From sequence record PQ471515.1: a stretch of DNA of 64,000 nt. One strand, 5' to 3'. This document shows positions 25,625 through 35,388 of the stretch, in pieces. A model generated the notes under the pieces. It made no database searches. It was not told where the DNA came from and was given only the letters and a program-made list of their open reading frames with translations. A program made the position numbers and the translations under genes. Every line of letters starts with the position of its first letter. Position 1 is the stretch's first letter.

Positions 25625-26192
25625 ATTTGATCAAGACGATTTGCCATTTATCCAAGAACTAGAAGAACTAGTTACGGTAACGATGCAAGAAATTAGTTCA
25701 TGGGATATAACAGTTTTTAGGAACGTATATGATAAAATCACAAACTTTAAAACTGTTAATATTGAGGTAAAACACAATAACTTTTACTTAACAAAAGAAT
25801 TCATTCTAAAAAGACCCGGAACGATCCAACCGAAACGTAGTTTGTCTTTTGCTCAAGTTCTCGGTTCTAAGACAAGGGATGATGATGATTTGAATGAATC
25901 AATATATTCGTATATTAAAGAGCGTTCCCCTGATGTTAAGAAGAGATATTACCTTTGTGTTACATTTGATGAACAAGGAAAACTAAATGCGTATTCTATA
26001 AATTCATCAGCACACGTCCCATTACATTCAACGTCAATTGGTGATAAACAATTACTAATCGATTCATCAACATGGCATAATAGGGAAAATTTTGCCACTG
26101 AAACTTTTCAGTACTCGGTATCTGAACCAAAGTCTCCATTTGATTTTGTGTTTGTTAATAACATCCTTTTACGTTTTGGGGTAGGAGTCTAA
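25608..26192 (+). CDS. Hypothetical protein
   Basis: 194 aa, overlaps the previous stop. Confidence 0.65.
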   Translation: MKTVIRFDQDDLPFIQELEELVTVTMQEISSWDITVFRNVYDKITNFKTVNIEVKHNNFYLTKEFILKRPGTIQPKRSLSFAQVLGSKTRDDDDLNESIYSYIKERSPDVKKRYYLCVTFDEQGKLNAYSINSSAHVPLHSTSIGDKQLLIDSSTWHNRENFATETFQYSVSEPKSPFDFVFVNNILLRFGVGV

Positions 26193-26194
26193 AT

Positions 26195-26548
26195 ATGCTA
26201 ATTTATTTGAGTGTTCTTGTTATTTCATTACTGGTATCATTAGTAGTACTGAAAGTTGTTGCTATCGGTCGTAGTAAAATTGATAGTACTGAAACCAGTT
26301 CTGTGTTGGACCTAATTATGGATCATCCAAAGATCTGTACTGGGATTGTTGTGTTTGTTCTTCTTATAGGAACATTCATTGTACGTTCACATTTATACAA
26401 TATGTATGACTGTAGTGTTCGTTCAATTTCTCAGGGTGTTGAAACCGACTATAGCTGGTACTATGAGAAATGTCGCTTCAAAAACCAGCATGGTATTTGG
26501 GTTGATTTTGATAAACTGCGTGGTACACCATCTGGTGAAGAAGAGTAA
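26195..26548 (+). CDS. Hypothetical membrane protein
   Basis: Two hydrophobic helices. Confidence 0.7.
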   Translation: MLIYLSVLVISLLVSLVVLKVVAIGRSKIDSTETSSVLDLIMDHPKICTGIVVFVLLIGTFIVRSHLYNMYDCSVRSISQGVETDYSWYYEKCRFKNQHGIWVDFDKLRGTPSGEEE

Positions 26549-26550
26549 TT

Positions 26551-27042
26551 ATGTTTGAATTTCCTGAAGAGTCATTTAACTATATTGACCCTACTGATGA
26601 CGGATACAGACACATTAATATCTATAGTAAAGCTAAAACTAAGTTAGGTAGGGATCTATCTAACTTTTCGTCACATAGTTTTACCTTAGAACCATACGGT
26701 TGGTTCCCATCGGTAGAAACTTTTTATTTTTGGTTTTTAACAGGCCAGAAACATGATGATCTTAGAAAAGTGTCGGGTGCTGCTGCAAAAGCAGCGGCGA
26801 ACAAGTATATGCACGACCGTATTGAAATGACACCCGAATGCATTTCTTGTATCCAGGATGCAATATGTGCTAAGATATTTCAAAACCCAGAACTTGCTGA
26901 ACGATTGAGGAAAAGTAAGTTACCCTTCTATCATTACTATGTTTATGGTGGGAAGGTGGTTGATGTATCTGATGAACATGACTGGTTTGTTAAAACATTC
27001 GAAGATATAAGAATTGTTTTGAAGGAGAACCACAATGAGTAA
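26551..27042 (+). CDS. NADAR (YbiA/gp30.3-like) family protein
   Basis: HINIYS...LGR.LSNF, F.SVE..Y, AKI.QNPEL...L..S. Confidence 0.7.
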   Translation: MFEFPEESFNYIDPTDDGYRHINIYSKAKTKLGRDLSNFSSHSFTLEPYGWFPSVETFYFWFLTGQKHDDLRKVSGAAAKAAANKYMHDRIEMTPECISCIQDAICAKIFQNPELAERLRKSKLPFYHYYVYGGKVVDVSDEHDWFVKTFEDIRIVLKENHNE

Positions 27043-27313
27043 ATGTTGGGTATGTTGTAAGCAATTCGATGAAGATTATATTATTTCTTTGGATGTATTA
27101 CCACAACAATACATGATATCTTCAGGGAAATATAAACTAGATACAGTTCCAACACCTAAGTATATGGGGATTTGTCCATTGTGTAATGGGAATGGTGTAT
27201 CGAATGAAGTTGTTGCATTCACAAATACACAAACTACTGATTGTGTCGCCGAATATATAAGAAAGAATCTGGCTTTTTTCACTAGGAGATTATATGAACG
27301 AGAGAATCTTTAA
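27035..27313 (+). CDS. Zn-finger-like hypothetical protein
   Basis: CWVC ... CPLC. Confidence 0.65.
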   Translation: MSKCWVCCKQFDEDYIISLDVLPQQYMISSGKYKLDTVPTPKYMGICPLCNGNGVSNEVVAFTNTQTTDCVAEYIRKNLAFFTRRLYERENL

Positions 27314-27530
27314 TTCATATGATATGGAAGATTTACTAATACCATCTGATAACAGTACTGTTAAAATGCAAATGTATTGGTTAGTAAAAGATGGCAAGGT
27401 ATTCCAGCACAAAGTTACAAAAGTATGGCAATGTAATAAAAACAAATCTATAGTTGATGCACTCGCAACTGCATTTCCTGGGGTAGAGGTTGTATTTTTA
27501 CCATTTGCCTACATTAAGGAAATAAAATGA
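27294..27530 (+). CDS. Hypothetical protein
   Basis: 78 aa, AGGAG SD. Confidence 0.7.
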   Translation: MNERIFNSYDMEDLLIPSDNSTVKMQMYWLVKDGKVFQHKVTKVWQCNKNKSIVDALATAFPGVEVVFLPFAYIKEIK

Positions 27531-27694
27531 AAAAAACATGGACAATATTCGTAATACCTACTATAATGTTGTTATTGTCACTTACGGTCCCACAAGGGCA
27601 TGTTGTGGCACTGAATGTAGTAGAAATTATTCTTCTTGTAATTCACTGCATTGTATGTTACTATTATGTAAAATCGGATGATAAAAAAATATGA
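27527..27694 (+). CDS. Small membrane protein (not in ORF track)
   Basis: 55 aa, ATGA overlaps at both ends, two hydrophobic segments. Confidence 0.65.
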   Translation: MKKTWTIFVIPTIMLLLSLTVPQGHVVALNVVEIILLVIHCIVCYYYVKSDDKKI

Positions 27695-28113
27695 AGTACT
27701 ATCGAATTCGAGTTGGTGTAAGCTCTGGTTTTAGTAATTGGGTATATTATGATTTACCTGATAGCTATACAGTAGAAGATGTAATTGACTTATATTATGA
27801 AGAAGAGTCATGGGTATCCAGTACTGAAACGCACAGTGTTGTGTGTGAAGAACTGAGTGCAGAAGATTACAAGCACTGTACCCAAGCAATGAAGTATTAC
27901 AGTAAAGATGTGAAGATGTTATCTGAAAACGTTTTTCCTGTAAAAGAATGGGCAATTTTGCTTGCAAATCCTAACAAACCTGTTAGAATAGGTTATCCAA
28001 ACAATCATATGGTTTATCGAATGAATGATAAACGTGAGCTAAGTTATCAGTATGATTACAGTGCTTCTAAGTTTGGAGTTCTAAAACAATTTATGAAGGC
28101 TTATCCAGTATGA
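27691..28113 (+). CDS. Hypothetical protein
   Basis: 140 aa, coupled. Confidence 0.7.
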   Translation: MKYYRIRVGVSSGFSNWVYYDLPDSYTVEDVIDLYYEEESWVSSTETHSVVCEELSAEDYKHCTQAMKYYSKDVKMLSENVFPVKEWAILLANPNKPVRIGYPNNHMVYRMNDKRELSYQYDYSASKFGVLKQFMKAYPV

Positions 28114-28445
28114 GCAAAGACAGCAAAGAATTTATAGTACGTTGTAGTTGTGGCGATAATACGGAACATTGTGTTCACATTTCACAATTTGACTTGACAC
28201 AAGAACATGGAGATGATAAACTTGGTCAATGTCTAGTGAGTATGCGTTTGAATCCTTTCTTAAAATGGTACAAACGTGTATGGGTTGCATTGAAGTATAT
28301 TTTCGGCGTAAACGACTTTCAATACAAAGAAGCAATGATTGATGTTGACATTCTGAAAGAAGTTGTGTTACAATTAGAAGATACCCGCTCCGATGAGGTA
28401 AAGAAAGAAGAAAGAGATAAACGTACTGATGTGAAGGTTTTATGA
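28110..28445 (+). CDS. Hypothetical protein
   Basis: 111 aa, CSC..EHC. Confidence 0.7.
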   Translation: MSKDSKEFIVRCSCGDNTEHCVHISQFDLTQEHGDDKLGQCLVSMRLNPFLKWYKRVWVALKYIFGVNDFQYKEAMIDVDILKEVVLQLEDTRSDEVKKEERDKRTDVKVL

Positions 28446-28636
28446 GTACTGAACTTTATGAAAAAAAGTACTGTACAAATTGTTCAACCGAGTATACAAT
28501 ACAGGGTATGTTGATTTGTACAATATGCCAATCAAAACAGTCTGCCACTTTTATCGTTGATGATAGATTTGGTGATTTAAAACAGTTTAAAGCAAACCGT
28601 AATCTTCGTAACTTTAGCAATCTATATAAGGAATAA
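28442..28636 (+). CDS. Small Zn-ribbon-like protein
   Basis: CTNC ... CTIC. Confidence 0.6.
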   Translation: MSTELYEKKYCTNCSTEYTIQGMLICTICQSKQSATFIVDDRFGDLKQFKANRNLRNFSNLYKE

Positions 28637-28639
28637 CAC

Positions 28640-29068
28640 ATGAATATCGAACAAACTATCCGTAACCACTCTTTCTTCGCTGCTGAAACTGGTCGTGTAA
28701 TCGAGAGCGTCAAAATTGAAGAACTGATGATTAACGTTAAATATAAAGAACTGAATGATGAGATTAGCAGCACCATTTGTGCACTACGTGCTCCATTCCG
28801 TTCTGAAGCAGCTAAGAAACCTGCCTATGTACTGGCGATTGCATTAGGTTGTGTAGTGAAATTGGTCGTTGATGAAAATCAACTAAATATCAAAGTTGCT
28901 CCAACCAACGATGAAGAAAACATCGACCTGAACTTTGAAGGTAATCTGGCTGAAGACGTATTCTTCCAACAATCACTGGTTTATGATTTCCGTACCGTAA
29001 CTCATGACCATATCAACTTTGTCAATGAGATGGTTGACATTGTAGCTGAATACGAAGCTTCCCTATAA
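28640..29068 (+). CDS. EExxFQxS-motif family paralogue
   Basis: LAEDVFFQQSLVYD near the C-terminus. Confidence 0.75.
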   Translation: MNIEQTIRNHSFFAAETGRVIESVKIEELMINVKYKELNDEISSTICALRAPFRSEAAKKPAYVLAIALGCVVKLVVDENQLNIKVAPTNDEENIDLNFEGNLAEDVFFQQSLVYDFRTVTHDHINFVNEMVDIVAEYEASL

Positions 29069-29124
29069 TTAGATTAACAAAAGCCTCCGTAATGGGGGCT
29101 TTTTCCAACATAAGGATATGTATA

Positions 29125-29676
29125 ATGATTGACCAAATTAAAATCCTAACTGAACAAATCACTGATTTTCTAGCAGATAAAGATGGATTCAGTACTGAAG
29201 TTAAAATGCATGGTGTTAGTCTCGATGTAACTGCACCAAATGGCGAAACAACCAATTATGATATGTATGAAATCCTACTTTATACATTGGCTGTTCGTAA
29301 ACTTGGTAGTGATATTGAACTAAACATTAACAAAACCGAGAACGGTGACCAAGTGTTTGCAATCAACACTGGTGCACAAATGGACGTGGTAGCTGAAATC
29401 AACAAAATCAACCAATCTTTTGTGGGTTTCAAGCATGATACAATCCAATCTGTGTTCCTGGGTAAACAAACCGGAAACAGCCACTGTCCTTATTGTGTAA
29501 TGACAACCTATAAGAATGGTAACTGGATGCGTCAGGATCTAGTACTTGCTGAAATGCTTTATGCAATCACACACGGCCTAGAACTTGAACTTGATGATAG
29601 CGTGTACTGTTTCAAGAAAATCCGTAAACTTTCTGGTGATATACAAGCTCAATTAAAAGAATTAAATGATAAATAA
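29125..29676 (+). CDS. Hypothetical protein
   Basis: Start moved past the terminator at 29078-29104 to the ATG after AAGGA. Confidence 0.7.
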   Translation: MIDQIKILTEQITDFLADKDGFSTEVKMHGVSLDVTAPNGETTNYDMYEILLYTLAVRKLGSDIELNINKTENGDQVFAINTGAQMDVVAEINKINQSFVGFKHDTIQSVFLGKQTGNSHCPYCVMTTYKNGNWMRQDLVLAEMLYAITHGLELELDDSVYCFKKIRKLSGDIQAQLKELNDK

Positions 29677-29787
29677 TTATACCAGTAATGGTTAACATTA
29701 TCATGTTACTTTCCTCCCTTACATAATAATGATGCGTTATTATTTTATTGTATTATTCCCCTTTTTCGTACAAAATCTTTTTCGTAC

Positions 29788-29812
29788 TGCCCCGACCTTC
29801 GGGGCATTTTTC
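29788..29812 (+). terminator. Rho-independent terminator
   Basis: TGCCCCGA/TCGGGGCA plus TTTTT. Confidence 0.8.
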
Positions 29813-29833
29813 TTGTCTAAATTTTGAGGTTCT

Positions 29834-30229
29834 ATGAATAATACTATTGGTAGTACAATATCTAAACCACTCTCTTATTACCTTGAAAAATTCAGAAGTA
29901 CAAATGGTAAAAAATTTAATGGTATATACCAATTCTCACATAAAGAATATATCACAGTTGATTGTTATTCAAATAAACTTATGTACGTAGATGATACTGA
30001 ATACTGTATGAAATTGTCATTGGATGTAGAATTAGATAAGTTAACATTTATTGAATATACATCCAAAAGAACATCATTTCTTGGTAAATGTAATCGAAAA
30101 GTATATAAAAATATTTCAATGTACTTAAATGAAGATTACCACTTCCAACAAACAACGATTGAAGATGTTCTATTCAGTACTGAAGAATTGAAAGAACTGT
30201 ATCACTGGTATGAGCAATTCACATCTTGA
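29834..30229 (+). CDS. EExxFQxS-motif family paralogue
   Basis: LNEDYHFQQTTIED. Confidence 0.75.
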   Translation: MNNTIGSTISKPLSYYLEKFRSTNGKKFNGIYQFSHKEYITVDCYSNKLMYVDDTEYCMKLSLDVELDKLTFIEYTSKRTSFLGKCNRKVYKNISMYLNEDYHFQQTTIEDVLFSTEELKELYHWYEQFTS

Positions 30230-30284
30230 CATTATCGTGGGTTTATCCTACACTGTAAGATAATGATGCATAGAGGATAAATTT

Positions 30285-30695
30285 ATGAGTTTAGATTTAC
30301 ACAATGAACTAAAATATTATTTCGATTTGGATATATCACATTTGAACCAACACGTCAATTATATGACTAGTACTATGTGGTGGTCTGATGAGTTTGATGA
30401 ACCAAAAATCCAACTTTGTGGTGATTTGTCCGTTTTGAGGTTGTATGCCCTTGATTCGGAAATGAATATCAAGATCACATACATACCATACACAAACAAA
30501 CTTATTGTAAACACCCTAAACCCAGTTACAGTATTGAAAATTTCTGATTTGGACACGATACAGTCAGATGAATCACTATTCCAACGTTCTTTGATTGATG
30601 ATATGGGTGGTATTTTATATGAAGATATTGTACAATTGAAGAAGATGTATAGTGAATTGTTAGAAATTAAAAACACAGTAATTGTGGGGAGTTGA
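30285..30695 (+). CDS. EExxFQxS-motif family paralogue
   Basis: SDESLFQRSLIDD; TTGACA..TACACT promoter upstream. Confidence 0.75.
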   Translation: MSLDLHNELKYYFDLDISHLNQHVNYMTSTMWWSDEFDEPKIQLCGDLSVLRLYALDSEMNIKITYIPYTNKLIVNTLNPVTVLKISDLDTIQSDESLFQRSLIDDMGGILYEDIVQLKKMYSELLEIKNTVIVGS

Positions 30696-30696
30696 T

Positions 30697-31101
30697 ATGG
30701 TAAGTTTACTTGATATTGATAATACCAGTCTAGTACTGGCAAAAAAAGGTGTAATTCCCAATTCTACAAAAATTGATTATGCAGTTATTGAAACAAATAT
30801 TGGAAATATCTGGTATGACTCCGAAAGGGATATTGTGATTAGCTGCGTAGACAGTGACCGTGCTGAGTGTTGTAGGGTTGGTCATGACGGGCAATTTATT
30901 TTCGAATTCCGTTACTGGAAAGATGCTAAATTCCATCATGAGCATGTTTCAATTACAGGTGTGTATTGCACCGAAGAATCGTTCTTCATGGATAGTACTG
31001 TTAATGATTTTGGTTCAGTTACATTTGAGTACTATAAAAAAGTATACAACGTATCCAGAGAAGTAATGCGAATCATCAGAAATGCTGAGGGTCAAGATTA
31101 A
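30697..31101 (+). CDS. EExxFQxS-motif family paralogue
   Basis: CTEESFFMDSTVND. Confidence 0.75.
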   Translation: MVSLLDIDNTSLVLAKKGVIPNSTKIDYAVIETNIGNIWYDSERDIVISCVDSDRAECCRVGHDGQFIFEFRYWKDAKFHHEHVSITGVYCTEESFFMDSTVNDFGSVTFEYYKKVYNVSREVMRIIRNAEGQD

Positions 31102-31102
31102 C

Positions 31103-31477
31103 ATGACTACTATATATGACATTCTAGGTGACTTGAATAAAAATATAGATAATGATTTTGTTATTGTTGGAACTACACAAAATATAATTCATCTTCCATT
31201 GGGTACACCAGATAGGTTAATTTTTAATATATACGGAAAAACACTGACATACCTACACAATGGTATGGTTATATTGGTACTTGATATTAAAGAAAATACA
31301 ATACGATATGCATATGACTTCAACGTTTATTGGTCAAGAACCCATAGTATTGATATTGAGGAAGATGAACTATTTCAATTGTCGTTAATCGAGAAAAATG
31401 TAATAGGAGTTACCGAAATTGGCATTGTTAAAAAAGCATTAGAATATGTAAATAGCAAATTAAATGGTGAGCTATGA
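31103..31477 (+). CDS. EExxFQxS-motif family paralogue
   Basis: IEEDELFQLSLIE. Confidence 0.7.
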   Translation: MTTIYDILGDLNKNIDNDFVIVGTTQNIIHLPLGTPDRLIFNIYGKTLTYLHNGMVILVLDIKENTIRYAYDFNVYWSRTHSIDIEEDELFQLSLIEKNVIGVTEIGIVKKALEYVNSKLNGEL

Positions 31478-31929
31478 TGAAAATTGATGAAATAAAAAAT
31501 CATTTTGAAATTGCATTGTCTTGTAAATTTGATGGCTCTTATGTTCCTGATCCAGAAGAGATAATTAGAATTTCCACATCGTTTTCGGAAGAGTACAATG
31601 TTCTTATTGAGAAAACATATGACAGCACTGAACTCGCATTTTACAATAAGAATTCACGAACAACAACATTTATATTATTATATAACACAACATCGGATAT
31701 AATAGAAATTATAACATGTAAAACAAGCAAAGATATACATTATGAGACTATCTCAAATGTGAGTTATTGCTCAACTGAAGAAGGATACTTTCAGGAATCT
31801 CTTGTTAAAAATTTAACAGTTAGTTATTCTGATTTAAGCACTATAATCAATTGTGTTGAAAAGCTAAATGATTTCGTTCTATCTATGTTTGATATCACAG
31901 AGCAAAACCCGAAGGTAATCAAATGCTAA
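31474..31929 (+). CDS. EExxFQxS-motif family paralogue
   Basis: STEEGYFQESLVKN. Confidence 0.75.
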   Translation: MMKIDEIKNHFEIALSCKFDGSYVPDPEEIIRISTSFSEEYNVLIEKTYDSTELAFYNKNSRTTTFILLYNTTSDIIEIITCKTSKDIHYETISNVSYCSTEEGYFQESLVKNLTVSYSDLSTIINCVEKLNDFVLSMFDITEQNPKVIKC

Positions 31930-32378
31930 ATCCAGGACAGTTTTTCCATTTACTTAGTATTACACCTATACCGGATTTAATCAGTGAAGCGAATCAATAT
32001 CGTGATATAGGAATTGTATCTATGGAATACGATTCACCTGACTTTAAATGTTACGTAACATATGATTTGGTAGCCTATGAGTCAGAAACTGAGATAAAAA
32101 AACCATCATACATTTTTGTGTTCATATATAATGATTATAGTGGTGATCTACTCAATGATGTTCATATTGACACATTTGAAATATGTGATAATATTATAAC
32201 AGATGATTCATCATGTACATTTGATTTATCAGAAAACAGTACTGAAGAGGCACTTTTTCAGTTGAGTACAGTTAGTAACACTGTACTAACTCTTGATGAC
32301 ATTGAGAAATTTAAAGAACAGCTTGACGCAGTACGTGAGATGTTCTATAATCATTATCCAGAAATCGAGTTCAATTAA
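31923..32378 (+). CDS. EExxFQxS-motif family paralogue
   Basis: STEEALFQLSTVSN. Confidence 0.75.
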   Translation: MLNPGQFFHLLSITPIPDLISEANQYRDIGIVSMEYDSPDFKCYVTYDLVAYESETEIKKPSYIFVFIYNDYSGDLLNDVHIDTFEICDNIITDDSSCTFDLSENSTEEALFQLSTVSNTVLTLDDIEKFKEQLDAVREMFYNHYPEIEFN

Positions 32379-32392
32379 CTAAAGGTATCAAA

Positions 32393-32653
32393 ATGACTAA
32401 AGTAGTTCGTAAACGCCACATGATGAACATGGATGAATTTCGCACCTTTGACAAATACCGTACTATGTTTCGTATGCTGTCACAGGGCCGTCCAATCGTC
32501 ATTGTAACGGAGAATTACATGTCACCTGAGATGATGTTCGGTAATTATGAAAAGGTCTTCATGTTGTACGTGAAGCGTGAATTGCTAACGATTAAGACCT
32601 TAGCTGAAGCTACAGATGAAGATATGGATGGTGATAATACATTTACCATGTGA
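32393..32653 (+). CDS. Hypothetical protein
   Basis: 86 aa, AAAGG SD. Confidence 0.7.
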   Translation: MTKVVRKRHMMNMDEFRTFDKYRTMFRMLSQGRPIVIVTENYMSPEMMFGNYEKVFMLYVKRELLTIKTLAEATDEDMDGDNTFTM

Positions 32654-32731
32654 GGAAATATATGGCAGAAAAACCAAAAGAACCGTTAGACCGTGATGAT
32701 GATTTTTACGACGAACGATATGGGGAATCAG

Positions 32732-32983
32732 ATGAGTGAACATCGTGCAGTACTTAAAAAGATTTTAAATGAACTTGGTGATGAGTTTAATGTTACTGAA
32801 GAAGAATATCAATGTTGGAAGAAGGATTTTGAACTCCTTGCTGAGTATGATAAAGTCTTCAATATGATTGGTGTCATTAGCCAGTACTTACTTGGTGGTG
32901 GTCGAGCCAGTGCTTCAATTCTTGCATCTGCGATCATCTGTACTTCTCGATGGTGCGATGAAAAAAGTCTGGAAGATTTCTAA
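32732..32983 (+). CDS. Hypothetical protein (preceded by a 25-aa acidic mini-ORF at 32662-32739)
   Basis: Start moved to 32732; the mini-ORF has a GAGG SD. Confidence 0.6.
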   Translation: MSEHRAVLKKILNELGDEFNVTEEEYQCWKKDFELLAEYDKVFNMIGVISQYLLGGGRASASILASAIICTSRWCDEKSLEDF

Positions 32984-33035
32984 ATAAGATGCTATAATGT
33001 ATTATAGTACCTTAACAATATAAAAAGGATTTTAT

Positions 33036-33896
33036 ATGAAACCTATCAGAGTACTGTCACTTTTTAATGGAATGAGCGTTGGATATATGGCATTGGCAGA
33101 TGCAGGTATTCCAGTTGAAAAATATTACTCATCTGAAATTGACAAGTACGCAATTGCTGAATCTTCCGAGAATTTTCCTGATATTATCCAGTTAGGTGAT
33201 GTGACTAAGTGGAAAGAATGGGATATTGAGTGGGATAAGATAGATTTACTCATGGGAGGATTCCCATGTCAAGCCTGGTCTGTTGCTGGTAAGCAAGGTG
33301 GCTTGAATGATATACGTGGACAGTTATTTTTGGTTATGGTTGATATTTTTGAGCACATCAAAAGTGTAAAACCAAACTTGCAATTTCTGTTCGAGAATGT
33401 TAAAATGAAGGAAGATTTCAAAGAATACATTAATAGTATTTTAGGAATCACACCAGTACTGATAAATTCCCAGCATTATACGCCTCACTTCAGGCAGAGA
33501 TACTACTGGTGCAGTACTGATAAGCTTTTTATACCACCTGCATTATCAAATGCCCCTAAACTTCAAGATATCATTGAAGATGGTTGGTACACTGACAGAA
33601 CCGCTTCGTACTGTATAGATGCTAACTATTTTAAGGGTGGTGATTGTAACCAGTACTTTAATAAATCAAGACGACAGTTGGTTTTTCGTGACCCAACGAT
33701 TAATCGTCAATATCTATTGGAGAATGGTAAAAGAAATATTGACTATAGACACTTAAGTGTAGTAGAATGTTGTAAATTACAGGGTATTCCTGTAGATTTC
33801 TTTAAAGTGTCTAGTAAGACACAAGCATACAAAATGCTTGGGAATGGATGGACTATGCCAGTTATATCACACTTACTAAGAGAGATATTCTTTTGA
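33036..33896 (+). CDS. DNA cytosine-5 methyltransferase
   Basis: Motif I SLFNG, motif IV GGFPCQAWS, motif VI FENV, motif VIII Q.R.R.YW, motif X YKMLGNGW. Confidence 0.92.
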   Translation: MKPIRVLSLFNGMSVGYMALADAGIPVEKYYSSEIDKYAIAESSENFPDIIQLGDVTKWKEWDIEWDKIDLLMGGFPCQAWSVAGKQGGLNDIRGQLFLVMVDIFEHIKSVKPNLQFLFENVKMKEDFKEYINSILGITPVLINSQHYTPHFRQRYYWCSTDKLFIPPALSNAPKLQDIIEDGWYTDRTASYCIDANYFKGGDCNQYFNKSRRQLVFRDPTINRQYLLENGKRNIDYRHLSVVECCKLQGIPVDFFKVSSKTQAYKMLGNGWTMPVISHLLREIFF

Positions 33897-33898
33897 AC

Positions 33899-34378
33899 AT
33901 GAAGAACTACCCCACCTATACTGAACGTGTAATGAAATTTCAACGTCAGTCATCAAAGGAAGAATTAGAATTTAATTTGTACTATCCTAATATTGGTGAT
34001 GAGGTATTCTATTGTTCTCATACAAAGAATGGAACTTTACTTAAATCCGGTAAAGGTATTATTGTTGATATGATTCGCACTTTCAAAGGTAAACTTAATG
34101 TAATGTACAAAGTACAAGATTCAAGTACTGAGTGCATTCATGAAGTGATGCATAATATACCTGCATATCCAAAGGATTTTGTTGAGCTAATATCTCGAAG
34201 GGAGAAACCTATGTTTTATTGTGGTTATGACAAACTAACCAAACAAATTATTCCTAATACTATGGGAAAATTTAAAAGTGATGTTAAAACTGAACTTAAT
34301 AAGAAATTAGGTTCATCATGGGAAACTGAAAACGAATTCATCGAAATTCGTTTGATTGAAGTTACTATACTCGATTAA
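33899..34378 (+). CDS. Hypothetical protein
   Basis: Start moved to 33899. Confidence 0.7.
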   Translation: MKNYPTYTERVMKFQRQSSKEELEFNLYYPNIGDEVFYCSHTKNGTLLKSGKGIIVDMIRTFKGKLNVMYKVQDSSTECIHEVMHNIPAYPKDFVELISRREKPMFYCGYDKLTKQIIPNTMGKFKSDVKTELNKKLGSSWETENEFIEIRLIEVTILD

Positions 34379-34420
34379 TTACAGATCCACGCTATGCGTG
34401 GATTTTTCATAGGTGCATAT

Positions 34421-34936
34421 ATGACCGTTCCTTATGTTAAAATTATTAATAATATCCTTGATTCGTGGGAAGATGTTATTACTGGTAAAAAGAACCCAAT
34501 GCCAGTACACGCACTAACCGGAAGACTACAATTCAGAACGTCAAACAAAACTGAAACTTTTAATAATCATGATGTTCACATTACTATAAAATCACCTGTA
34601 CGTATTGTAATTAAAAAAAATCAAGATGATGAATTGACATTATCTATTGGTAGTGATAAAATCATTTTAAGTAATTTATCCGAAGAAGAATTCTTTCAAC
34701 GAAGTACTATCATCGACATGAAAGATTTCACATATGAATCATTGGTTGAACTCAATACACGTTTCAACGATATTCAGGAACGATTGCGACCAATCCTCCG
34801 TAAAGAAGAGGAAGCCTGGAATGAAAGTGTGAGAAAGATGCAAGAAATGTTGAAAGAAAATATTAACAATCTGGGTAAAGCTACAATGGAATTTGGTAAA
34901 TCTTTTAAACTGAACTTTTCAAAGGATCGTAAATGA
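34421..34936 (+). CDS. EExxFQxS-motif family paralogue
   Basis: LSEEEFFQRSTIID; follows terminator at 34385-34407. Confidence 0.75.
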   Translation: MTVPYVKIINNILDSWEDVITGKKNPMPVHALTGRLQFRTSNKTETFNNHDVHITIKSPVRIVIKKNQDDELTLSIGSDKIILSNLSEEEFFQRSTIIDMKDFTYESLVELNTRFNDIQERLRPILRKEEEAWNESVRKMQEMLKENINNLGKATMEFGKSFKLNFSKDRK

Positions 34937-35388
34937 AAATTGATAATTTGATTCATGTATTAGGGACTTTACATAAAATATTATTACATCTTAACGAGAT
35001 GAATAAACTAGGTTATAATGTCCATAATGTATTTGAACCTACATTTAAATATAACTCAATCACTGGAGATGGTAATTACATAATCGAATATACATATGAA
35101 ACCGATCCAGACTTCTATCCTCTTACGTTGAGAATTTATCCAACAAATCCGATAGGAATTCACGACATATCATCAATTTCACTTGATCCAGATGGTGAAA
35201 CGAGTATTGAATACAATAATGATTCAAAACCAGAATTTTACATTGATGACATTAAAAAGTTGTTCAATGATGAATATGTTTTCCAACAAAGTACTGTGCA
35301 TGATGTTGGTAGTACTACTGGGCAATTTTGGAATACATGTTATTATCATATGATTGAAATTTGTAAATTACTAAAAGGTGTTGAATAA
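34933..35388 (+). CDS. EExxFQxS-motif family paralogue
   Basis: FNDEYVFQQSTVHD. Confidence 0.75.
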   Translation: MKIDNLIHVLGTLHKILLHLNEMNKLGYNVHNVFEPTFKYNSITGDGNYIIEYTYETDPDFYPLTLRIYPTNPIGIHDISSISLDPDGETSIEYNNDSKPEFYIDDIKKLFNDEYVFQQSTVHDVGSTTGQFWNTCYYHMIEICKLLKGVE

